Source: Alphaproteobacteria bacterium RIFCSPHIGHO2_12_FULL_63_12 (lineage in GTDB: Bacteria > Pseudomonadota > Alphaproteobacteria > Caulobacterales > Parvularculaceae). Taken from it: a DNA stretch of 50,277 nucleotides. Shown here one piece after another: positions 10,494 through 18,561 of the stretch. The position numbers and the translations under genes are program-made. Where the stretch lies: positions 1 through 50,277 of the forward strand of contig MEMM01000162.1 of NCBI GenBank assembly GCA_001767925.1. The letters run 5' to 3'. Each line of letters starts with the position of its first letter. Position 1 is the stretch's first letter. Under the pieces are notes generated by a model, which saw nothing but the letters and a program-made list of their open reading frames with translations, was not told the DNA's origin and ran no database searches.

Positions 10494-12221
10494 ATGCAGG
10501 CCGTTTTCGACCGCTGCCGGGAGATACCCTATTTCAGGGTTTTTGACGACGCCTCGTTATCGGCTTTGATCGATCGCGCGCGCTGGTTTTCGCTGACCGG
10601 CGGGATGGAGCTGTTTCACCAGGGCGACGAGGCGGACGCGGTCTATTTCGTGCTGACCGGCCGTCTCATCGTGGTCAGAAACAGCGACGCCGGCGAGGAT
10701 GTGATCGGTTATGTCCGCTCGGGCGAGCCGGTCGGCGAAATGTCGCTGCTGGCGGGCGACAAAAGGTCCGCCTCCGTCTACGCGCTGCGCGACACCGAGC
10801 TTCTGGCGATCGACAAGGATGACGCAGAGCACCTGCTGGATTGCTGCGCGGACTTCTCGCACGCGCTCGCGAATTCGATCGTCATGCGCGCCCGCCAGCC
10901 AAATGACAGTTTCAAGCACGCGAGCCCGCGCGTCTTCGCGATGATCGGTTCGTCGCCGTCGATTGAAATCGAGGCTCATGCGAAGGCGCTCGCGAAAATC
11001 TGCCGCCAATTCGGCCGAACGGCGTTCGTCATTGATGATCCCGAGATGATCAGCGCCGATGAATTCGACGACCTTGAGGCCGCCAATGACGTGATCTTGC
11101 TGACGGCGCGCGTCGGCGATTCTTTCGCTTACCGATTTGCGCTGCGTCACGCGGACCGGTTTTTCGTGTTCGCCCGCCAGGATGCGCGCCCGCCGCGCCC
11201 GTTTCCAATGACCCCGACCGAAGACGCCCCCGCCCGGCGGTTCCGGCTCGTCGATCTCGTCATGCTGCATGAGGGGATGAAAACGGGCGGCGTCGCCGAC
11301 TGGGTCGATGCGATCGACGCCAACCGGATTTTTCATGTCAGCGGCGCGCGCACGGAAGAGCGCCTCGCCCGGGCGCTTGCCGGCCGCACCGTCGGCGTGG
11401 TCATGTCGGGCGGCGGCGCGAGAGCCTACGCCCATATCGGCGCCGTGAAGGCGTTGCGCGAGCGAAAGGTGCCGATCGACTTTCTCGCCGGCGCGTCGAT
11501 GGGCGGGATCATCGCCGCCTGTGTCGCCATGGGCTGGGGCGACGAAGAGATCGAGGCCCGCATTCGCGACGGGTTTGTCGTGTCAAACCCGCTCGGCGAT
11601 CACGTTCTTCCCGTCGTCGCGCTGACCCGCGGCGCGCGCGTTGAAGAACGGCTGAAGCGCCATTTCGGCGACACGTTGATTGAAGATCTTGAAATTCCGT
11701 TTTTTTGCACCTCGTCGGAGCTGACGCGGGGCGTCACCCGAATTCATCGTCGCGGCCTGTTGCGCGACGCCTTGCGCGCCTCAATCGCCCTGCCCGGCAT
11801 TCTGCCGCCGGTCGTCGATCACGGCGATCTGCTGGTCGACGGCGCGGTGATGAACAATTTTCCGACCGACCTCATGACCAATCTTCATCGCGGCGTGACG
11901 ATCGGGATCGATGTGGCCCGCGAAGGATCGATCCTGCCGGACGCCTTCGTCAATCCGCCCGGATTTGTCGAATGGGTCTGGCGACACGGATTTCGCTCCG
12001 CGCCGCCGATCGTTGCGCTGTTGATGCGGGCGGCGACGGCGCGTCAGGAATTGAGGCCCAAGGACAGCCCGGCGGACATTCTGGTCACGCCGGACGTTGC
12101 CGGGGTCGAGCTTCGCGACTGGCGAGAATATGACCGGGCGGTGATCGACGGCTATGCGGCGACGCTGGGGGCGCTGGACCGCCAATGGGCGAAGCTGGAG
12201 CTGGTCGCCGGCCCGCGATAG
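10494..12221 (+). CDS. cNMP-binding domain + patatin-like phospholipase (NTE family)
   Basis: CNBD GEMSLL..RSAS; patatin GGGARAYAHIG, GASMG, DGAVMNN. Confidence 0.9.
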   Translation: MQAVFDRCREIPYFRVFDDASLSALIDRARWFSLTGGMELFHQGDEADAVYFVLTGRLIVVRNSDAGEDVIGYVRSGEPVGEMSLLAGDKRSASVYALRDTELLAIDKDDAEHLLDCCADFSHALANSIVMRARQPNDSFKHASPRVFAMIGSSPSIEIEAHAKALAKICRQFGRTAFVIDDPEMISADEFDDLEAANDVILLTARVGDSFAYRFALRHADRFFVFARQDARPPRPFPMTPTEDAPARRFRLVDLVMLHEGMKTGGVADWVDAIDANRIFHVSGARTEERLARALAGRTVGVVMSGGGARAYAHIGAVKALRERKVPIDFLAGASMGGIIAACVAMGWGDEEIEARIRDGFVVSNPLGDHVLPVVALTRGARVEERLKRHFGDTLIEDLEIPFFCTSSELTRGVTRIHRRGLLRDALRASIALPGILPPVVDHGDLLVDGAVMNNFPTDLMTNLHRGVTIGIDVAREGSILPDAFVNPPGFVEWVWRHGFRSAPPIVALLMRAATARQELRPKDSPADILVTPDVAGVELRDWREYDRAVIDGYAATLGALDRQWAKLELVAGPR

Positions 12222-12295
12222 CTAGTTAACCCATTGTATTAATTAACAAAAATTTTTCCCTCCGCGCCCTTGATTCGCGCCGCGCCGAATTTATT

Positions 12296-12318
12296 TCATA
12301 CTAACCAGTCCAGTATGA
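12296..12318. promoter_or_regulatory. Palindromic operator, probable site for the downstream TetR
   Basis: TCATACT-N9-AGTATGA perfect inverted repeat 30 bp upstream of emrA. Confidence 0.65.
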
Positions 12319-12348
12319 TAATAAGGCGAAAGCCAAGGACCGATCGCC

Positions 12349-13440
12349 ATGAAGAAATACGCGCTAGCGGCGGTCGCCGCCGCCCTGATCACGCTCATCG
12401 GCTATGTCGGCATCCGCTGGTTCGTGCACGGCCGCTTCATCGAGGCGACTGACAACGCCTATCTGAAGGCCGACACCGTCATCGTTTCCCCCAAAGTCCC
12501 CGGCCGCATCGCGCATGTCGCGGTCGCGGACAATGCGATCGTCCGCGCGGGCGATATTCTCGTCGTGATTGAAGACGAAGATTACAAGGCGCAGCTGCGC
12601 CAGGCGGAAGCCGAAGTCGCAGTGCGCGAGGCGTCGCTCGACGGCATCAGGCTGAAGATTGCGCAGGCGGGGGCGCAAGTCGCGGGCGCCGCGGCGACGG
12701 TCAAATCGACCGAAGCCTCGTTGACGCTGCAAAAAATCGAACGCAAGCGCACGGCCGAACTCGCGAAGGAAAGCTTTGCGACAAAGCGCACCCTCGATCA
12801 GGCGAATGCCGCCCTCAAGGACTGGAGCGGACGGCTTGAAGGCGCCGCTGCGGGGCTCGACGCCGCGAAGACGACGGCACTTATCGCCGAAACGCAGGAG
12901 GAGGAAGCGGCGGCGTCCCTCGCGGTCGCCGAGGCCCGCCTCGACCTTGCGCGCCAAAATCTCGAGAACACGATGGTGCGCGCGCCCAAAGACGGCGTCG
13001 CCGGCAATATCGCCGCGCGCGACGGCCAGTACGCCAATCCCGGTCAGCGGCTTCTCTCGATTGTTCCGTTGTCGGAAGTTTATGTCGTCGCGAATTTCAA
13101 GGAGACGCAGATCGAGCGCATCCGACCCGGCGCAAAGGTGTCTCTTGAGGTCGACGCCTATCCGGGCGTCGATATCGAAGGGGAAGTCGACAGCCTGTCG
13201 CCAGCGAGCGGCGCCGAATTCAGCCTCCTGCCGCCGGAAAACGCGACCGGCAACTTCACCAAGGTCGTGCAGCGCATGCCGGTGCGCATCCTCGTCACCC
13301 ATGCGCCGGCGACCGTCGCACTGCTGCCGGGCCTTTCGGTGACGGCGGCTGTCGATACGCGCGGCGGCGAGAAGGGGCCGCCGACAGCGCTGTTTTCACC
13401 GCGGCGCAGCGGCGCGGGCGGCGCCAGTTCCAGCCGATGA
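12349..13440 (+). CDS. emrA: EmrA/HlyD family efflux membrane fusion protein
   Basis: TDNAY, VANFKETQI, FSLLPPENATGNFTKVVQRMPVRI. Confidence 0.93.
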   Translation: MKKYALAAVAAALITLIGYVGIRWFVHGRFIEATDNAYLKADTVIVSPKVPGRIAHVAVADNAIVRAGDILVVIEDEDYKAQLRQAEAEVAVREASLDGIRLKIAQAGAQVAGAAATVKSTEASLTLQKIERKRTAELAKESFATKRTLDQANAALKDWSGRLEGAAAGLDAAKTTALIAETQEEEAAASLAVAEARLDLARQNLENTMVRAPKDGVAGNIAARDGQYANPGQRLLSIVPLSEVYVVANFKETQIERIRPGAKVSLEVDAYPGVDIEGEVDSLSPASGAEFSLLPPENATGNFTKVVQRMPVRILVTHAPATVALLPGLSVTAAVDTRGGEKGPPTALFSPRRSGAGGASSSR

Positions 13441-15023
13441 CGACGGCGGCCGAAGGCGCGCCGATCGCCGTCGATCCGGCGCAGGCCGACCGGATCGATC
13501 CGAGAAAACTCGGCGTTTTCGCGATGATGACGCTCGGCATGTTCATGGCGATCCTCGACATCCAGATCGTCGCCGCGTCCTTGCCGCAGATTCAGGCCGG
13601 CCTCGCGGCGAGCGCCGACCAGATCAGCTGGATCCAGACGTCCTATCTCATCGCTGAAGTGATGATGATCCCGATTTCAGGCTACCTGTCGCGCGCGCTG
13701 TCGACGAGGATCATGTTCACCGCATCCGCGGCGGGGTTCACGCTGTCGAGCTTCGCCTGCGGATTGTCGCCGAATATGGAAACGCTGATCGTCCTGCGCG
13801 CGGTTCAGGGGTTCATCGGCGGCGCGATGATCCCCTTGGTCTTTTCAACGTCGATCACCGCGTTCCCGCGCTCGCGCGCCGCGCAATTGTCGGCCGGCAT
13901 GGGCTTGATCGTGACGATGGCGCCGACCATCGGGCCGACGCTCGGCGGCGCCATCTCGGAGCATCTCAGCTGGCACTGGCTGTTTTTCGTCAATGTCATA
14001 CCGGGCGCGCTGATCGCCGCGGTCGTCTGGATTTACGCCGACTTCGACAAGCCGAAATTCGAATTGCTGAGGAAGTTCGATGCGACGGGATTCGTCATGT
14101 TGGCGGTATCGCTCGGCTTGACCCAGTTCATTCTGGAGGAAGGACCGGGCGACGACTGGTTCGACAGCCGGACGATTTCCACGATGGCGATCATCGCCAT
14201 TGTGGCGGGCGCTGCGTTTTTCCTGCGCATGCGCGGACGCGAAAATCCGCTGGTCGATTTTTCCGTGTTCAAGAATTCGAACTTCACTGCCGGCAGCATG
14301 GTTGCGTTTTCAACCGGCGTGGCGCTGTTCGGCCTTGTGTATCTTCTCCCGCTGTATCTGGCGCGCATTCGCGGCCTCAATTCCCTGCAGATCGGAGAGA
14401 CGCTGCTGGTGACCGGCGCGGCGATGTTCCTGGCGGCGCCGGCGGCGGCGATGCTGTCGCGGCGGTATGATCCGCGCGCGGTTTCCGCGGCCGGCCTCAT
14501 CCTGCTCGGTTTCAGCACAAGGGAGTTCGCCCTCGTGACGTCGCAATGGGGATATTGGGAGCTGTTCTGGCCGCAGGTCGGCCGCGGCGCCGGCCTCATG
14601 CTGACCATGGCGCCGCTGAATGTCATCGCCCTCGGGACGCTCGAGTCGGCGAAAGTGCCGAATGCCTCCGGGCTCTATAATCTGTCGCGTAATCTCGGCG
14701 GCGCGTTCGGCCTCGCGACGATCAACACGATTTTGAATGACCGGACCGTTTATCATACGCGCATGCTCGCGGATAATTTCGATATCTCACGTGCGGTCGT
14801 CTCAGAACGAATCGCGTCGTTCACCGCCTATTTTTCGAGCATGGGCCTTCCAGATCCCAACACCGCAGCGCTCCGGGCTTTGTCGAACATCGCAAGGCGA
14901 GAGGCGGCCGTCCTCGCCTATAGCGACGTCTTTCAGTTGCTCACGCTCGCCTGCCTCATGACGGCGCCGCTTCTGATTATCGCAACGCCGCCCAAAGCCG
15001 GCGCCCAGCCAGGAGGGCACTGA
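13437..15023 (+). CDS. emrB: DHA2 family MFS efflux pump (EmrB/QacA)
   Basis: FMAILDIQIV, WIQTSYLIAE, APTIGPTLGG, WHWLFFVN, ASGLYNLSRNLGG. Confidence 0.93.
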   Translation: MTTAAEGAPIAVDPAQADRIDPRKLGVFAMMTLGMFMAILDIQIVAASLPQIQAGLAASADQISWIQTSYLIAEVMMIPISGYLSRALSTRIMFTASAAGFTLSSFACGLSPNMETLIVLRAVQGFIGGAMIPLVFSTSITAFPRSRAAQLSAGMGLIVTMAPTIGPTLGGAISEHLSWHWLFFVNVIPGALIAAVVWIYADFDKPKFELLRKFDATGFVMLAVSLGLTQFILEEGPGDDWFDSRTISTMAIIAIVAGAAFFLRMRGRENPLVDFSVFKNSNFTAGSMVAFSTGVALFGLVYLLPLYLARIRGLNSLQIGETLLVTGAAMFLAAPAAAMLSRRYDPRAVSAAGLILLGFSTREFALVTSQWGYWELFWPQVGRGAGLMLTMAPLNVIALGTLESAKVPNASGLYNLSRNLGGAFGLATINTILNDRTVYHTRMLADNFDISRAVVSERIASFTAYFSSMGLPDPNTAALRALSNIARREAAVLAYSDVFQLLTLACLMTAPLLIIATPPKAGAQPGGH

Positions 15024-15634
15024 TGATCCAACCGCGTCGCAAGGGCCGGAGGGCCGATCCATCGAAGGATGAAGCGATCCTCGAAGCGGCGAGCGATCTC
15101 TTCACCAGGCGCGGCTATGGCGTTTCGATCGACGAGATCGCTGCGATCGCCGGCGTTTCCAAGCAAACGATCTACGCGCGTTACGCCTCGAAGCACGCGC
15201 TGCTCGCCGCCGTGGTGCAGAAGACGGCGGAAGATCTCGTCAGCCCGCTGTCGATCGGGTCGGCGCCGCCGGAAGAAGCGCTGGTCGAATTCGGCGAGAG
15301 ATTCGCGGATGTCATTTTCAATCCGGCGAAAATCGCCATGCAGCGGCTCATCATCGCCGAGGCCGCGCAGTTTCCAGACCTCGCCCGCGCCTATTACGAA
15401 AGCGGCCCGCAATATGTGCGTGCGAGACTTTCAGCCTATATCGAACGCGCGTCCGCGGCGGGAAAACTCAAATCTAATGACGCCGCGACGGCGGCGTCCC
15501 AGTTTCTCGGGCTCGTCATCGGCGCCGACCATATGAGGCTGCTGCTCGGCGTCGATGGGGCGGAAAACCAGAAATCGCGCCGCGACCGGGTGCGCGCCGC
15601 GGTAGACGCGTTCCTTCGCATTTACGCCCCCTAA
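15023..15634 (+). CDS. TetR/AcrR family regulator
   Basis: N-terminal HTH SIDEIAAIAGVSKQTIYARY. Confidence 0.93.
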   Translation: MIQPRRKGRRADPSKDEAILEAASDLFTRRGYGVSIDEIAAIAGVSKQTIYARYASKHALLAAVVQKTAEDLVSPLSIGSAPPEEALVEFGERFADVIFNPAKIAMQRLIIAEAAQFPDLARAYYESGPQYVRARLSAYIERASAAGKLKSNDAATAASQFLGLVIGADHMRLLLGVDGAENQKSRRDRVRAAVDAFLRIYAP

Positions 15635-15637
15635 ATG

Positions 15638-15665
15638 AAAACGGCGCGGCCAGGCCGCGCCGTTT
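15638..15665. terminator. Intrinsic terminator between convergent genes
   Basis: AAACGGCGCGGC-CAG-GCCGCGCCGTTT, 12-bp stem. Confidence 0.7.
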
Positions 15666-15683
15666 CAGAAAGGGGTGAAATCT

Positions 15684-16244
15684 TCAGTGAACGCGGCCGA
15701 ACAGGCGCGCCAGCAGCGACGGGTTTTCGCCGTTCATGGCGTGATGCTTCTTGTGATGGTCGTCATCGTCATCGTCGTGATGACCGCCCTTGGCTGAATG
15801 ATGTTTCTTGTGATGGTCATCATCATCGTCGTCGTGATGGCCGCCTTTGCCCGAGTGATGCTTCTTGTGATGGTCGTCATCATCGTCGTCGTGATGGCCG
15901 CCCTTGGCTGAATGATGCTTCTTGTGATCGTCGTCGTCATCGTCGTGATGGCCGCCCTTGGCGCTCATCTGCTGGTGCATCGACGCCGCGCAGGCGTCGT
16001 TGTGACGCAAGAATGCGTTCTCGATCGACGAGTCGCGATACTGGATCGACGCTTCGACTTTTTCGGCAAGCCGCTTCACTTCCGTGGCGAGCTCCTGGCT
16101 CGCGGCGAGCCGGATATCGGCTTCCGCGCGAGCGGTGCGGCCGGCGCTCGCGATGCGCGCGGCGACGATCGCCAGCGCGGCGCCGCCGATCAGAAAAATG
16201 ACGCCGGCGCTCAAGAGCCCGACCTGAAACAAAGATGCTGACAT
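15684..16244 (-). CDS. Hypothetical membrane-anchored His/Asp/Lys-repeat protein
   Basis: N-terminal hydrophobic helix, helical segment, 4 repeats, SD-like GAAGGGG, upstream promoter-like motif and downstream hairpin. Confidence 0.8.
   Translation of the reverse strand: MSASLFQVGLLSAGVIFLIGGAALAIVAARIASAGRTARAEADIRLAASQELATEVKRLAEKVEASIQYRDSSIENAFLRHNDACAASMHQQMSAKGGHHDDDDDDHKKHHSAKGGHHDDDDDDHHKKHHSGKGGHHDDDDDDHHKKHHSAKGGHHDDDDDDHHKKHHAMNGENPSLLARLFGRVH
15741..15965 (-). repeat. Coding tandem repeat, 4 copies (54,57,57,57 bp) encoding S[AG]KGGHHDDDDDDH(H)KKHH
   Basis: Directly visible; copies differ mostly at synonymous sites (Ser agc/tca/tcg, Asp gat/gac, Lys aag/aaa). Confidence 0.95.
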
Positions 16245-16298
16245 TTTTGACCCCTTCAGTCCCCCTAGGGAGAGGTTTTTACGCGGGTGAAATCACGG

Positions 16299-16324
16299 GG
16301 TCTAGCGCCGTCGGCTGCTGTCAA
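16299..16324 (-). promoter_or_regulatory. Putative housekeeping promoter of the repeat-protein gene
   Basis: Minus strand TTGACA-N12-GCTAGACC resembles the Caulobacter-type TTGAC...GCTANAWC consensus. Confidence 0.45.
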
Positions 16325-16412
16325 AAAAATTACCTGAAGTCGCGAAAACGCCATTGACGCGAATCGAGTCGAGCCGTCAGCGGCCTTCGCCCTTCCGCCG
16401 CGGCTGCGAAAA

Positions 16413-17168
16413 TTACGAGATGATTCCGGGCTTTATCGCGACCGCCATGTAATTGACGTCGGTATCGTCGGCGATTTTCCACAGATCCATGAGCGGATTG
16501 TAGGTCACTCCGGCATGGGCGGTGACGGTCAGTCCGGCGGCGCCAAGGCTCCGGTCGATTTCGTCCGGCGTCAGAAATTTTGCCGGATCGTGCGTTCCCC
16601 GGGGAAGCCAGCCGAGGATGTATTCGGCCCCGATTTTGGCGAGGAGGAGCGCTTTCAGCGTCCGGTTGATGGTGGCGACGATCATGATCCCGCCCGGTTT
16701 TAAGAGCGTGGCGGAGCCTGCAAGAAACGCGGCGGGCTCGACGACATGCTCCACCACTTCAAGATTGAGAACGACGTCGAACGGCGCCTCGCCGGACGCG
16801 ACCAGCGCCTCGACCGTCGTCGCGCGGTAATCAATGTCGAGGCCCGCGTCGCCAGCGTGAACCGCCGCTGTCTTGATGTTGCGCTCGGCGGCGTCGATCG
16901 CCACCACCTCGGCGCCGAGACGGCGCATCGGTTCGGCGACGAGCCCGCCGCCGCAGCCGACATCGAGCAGCCGCAAGCCTGAAAAAGGCGCCTTCGCCAG
17001 CCGGTCGCGGCCGAAATGGGTCGAAACCGCGTCGCGAATGTATGCCAGCCGCGCCGGGTTGAACTTGTGAAGCGGCTTGAACTTGCCGAACGGATCCCAC
17101 CATTCGTCGGCGATCTTCGAGAATTTCTCGATTTCGCCCGGATCCATGCTGGTTTTTCCCGATTCCAT
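16413..17168 (-). CDS. ubiG: Ubiquinone biosynthesis O-methyltransferase UbiG
   Basis: WWDPFGKFKPLHKFNP, LLDVGCGGG, EVVEHV, AEYILGWLPRGTH. Confidence 0.96.
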   Translation of the reverse strand: MESGKTSMDPGEIEKFSKIADEWWDPFGKFKPLHKFNPARLAYIRDAVSTHFGRDRLAKAPFSGLRLLDVGCGGGLVAEPMRRLGAEVVAIDAAERNIKTAAVHAGDAGLDIDYRATTVEALVASGEAPFDVVLNLEVVEHVVEPAAFLAGSATLLKPGGIMIVATINRTLKALLLAKIGAEYILGWLPRGTHDPAKFLTPDEIDRSLGAAGLTVTAHAGVTYNPLMDLWKIADDTDVNYMAVAIKPGIIS

Positions 17169-17288
17169 GCCGTCCTGTTCCTGTTAAACCTCGCCGGCGC
17201 AAAGGTTTTTCCGTAACTTGCGCCGGCCGCGCGGCGGACTATAGACATGGCGCCCTATCTGGGGGCTGAAAAGACGGCGGTTCGGCGC

Positions 17289-18545
17289 ATGGCGCGGATT
17301 GTAATGAAATTTGGCGGCACGTCCGTCGCCGATGTCGACAGGATGCGGCGCGTTGCGGCTTTCGTGAAGCGGGAAGCCGACGCCGGTCATTCGATCGTCG
17401 TCGCAGTTTCGGCGATGGCGGGCGAGACCAACCGCCTGGTGGCGCTGTGCGCCGATGCGGGGCCGCCCGACCCGGCGCTCGATGTCCGCAATGTCGAATA
17501 TGACACGGTCGTCGCCAGCGGCGAGCAGGTGACGTCGGGACTGGTCGCGCTGACTTTGCAGAAAATGGGCTATCGCGCCCGCTCCTGGCAGGGCTGGCAG
17601 GCGCCGGTGAAGACCGACAGCGCCCATGGCAAGGCGCGCATCCTTGAAATCCCCGACGAGCCTTTGGGGTCGGCGATCGACACCGGCGAGATCGCCGTTG
17701 TCGCCGGCTTTCAGGGCGTCGCGGCCGACGGGCGAATTTCAACGCTCGGCCGCGGCGGTTCCGATACGACCGCCGTCGCACTCGCCGCCGCGCTCGGCGC
17801 CGAGCGTTGCGACATCTACACCGATGTCGACGGCGTTTACACGACCGATCCCCGTCTTTCGAAACAGGCGAGGCGGCTCGACAAAGTCTCCTACGAAGAA
17901 ATGCTGGAGATGGCGTCTCTCGGCGCGAAAGTCCTGCAGACGCGTTCCGTCGAGTTGGCGATGGCCTATAAGGTCAAATTGCGCGTGCTTTCGAGTTTTG
18001 AACCGCCGGACAGCCCAACTCCCGGCACGACCATCTGCGACGAGGACGATATCGTGGAAAAACAGATCGTAAGCGCGATTACACTTTCGAAGGACGAGGC
18101 GAAAATCAGCCTGCTCTCGGTGCCGGACGAGCCGGGAAGAGCGGCGATGATATTCGGCCTGCTTGCGGACGCCGGCATCAATATCGACATGATCGTTCAA
18201 AGCCCATCGCGGCAGGCCGGCGCCAACATCTCTTTCACCATGGCCGAATCGGAGCTTGCGCGCGCCGTCGACTCGCTGACGCTCGCCAAGGACAAAATCG
18301 GCTATGTGCAGATGCAGTCCGACCGCAATGTGGTGAAGGTTTCCGTCATCGGCGTCGGCATGCGAAGCCATACCGGCGTCGCGTCGACCATGTTCAAGGC
18401 CCTTGGAGAGAAGGGGATCAACATCCAGAATATCTCGACATCCGAAATCAAGATCAGCGTCCTGATCGCGTCCGATTACGGCGAACTCGCCGTGCGAACG
18501 CTGCATCAGGCCTACGGCCTTGATCGCGCGCAGGGCGCCAGCTGA
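17289..18545 (+). CDS. lysC: Aspartate kinase
   Basis: VMKFGGTSV, TLGRGGSDTTA, YTDVDGVYTTDP, C-terminal ACT domains (STSEIKIS). Confidence 0.96.
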   Translation: MARIVMKFGGTSVADVDRMRRVAAFVKREADAGHSIVVAVSAMAGETNRLVALCADAGPPDPALDVRNVEYDTVVASGEQVTSGLVALTLQKMGYRARSWQGWQAPVKTDSAHGKARILEIPDEPLGSAIDTGEIAVVAGFQGVAADGRISTLGRGGSDTTAVALAAALGAERCDIYTDVDGVYTTDPRLSKQARRLDKVSYEEMLEMASLGAKVLQTRSVELAMAYKVKLRVLSSFEPPDSPTPGTTICDEDDIVEKQIVSAITLSKDEAKISLLSVPDEPGRAAMIFGLLADAGINIDMIVQSPSRQAGANISFTMAESELARAVDSLTLAKDKIGYVQMQSDRNVVKVSVIGVGMRSHTGVASTMFKALGEKGINIQNISTSEIKISVLIASDYGELAVRTLHQAYGLDRAQGAS

Positions 18546-18561
18546 CCGATGCGGCGCCTTT

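Noticed and set aside
10494-12221. Possible CBASS/Pycsar-type cyclic-nucleotide effector
   Set aside because: No cyclase or defence genes nearby; the architecture fits the housekeeping NTE family
12226-12247. Cluster of TTAA motifs upstream of emrA
   Set aside because: Spacings of 9 and 13 do not fit CtrA, and the IHF match is imperfect
15741-15965. Periodic repeat as a possible CRISPR array, or the plus-strand ORFs 15635-16201 and 15912-16241
   Set aside because: No unique spacers or cas genes; variation is mostly synonymous in the minus-strand frame
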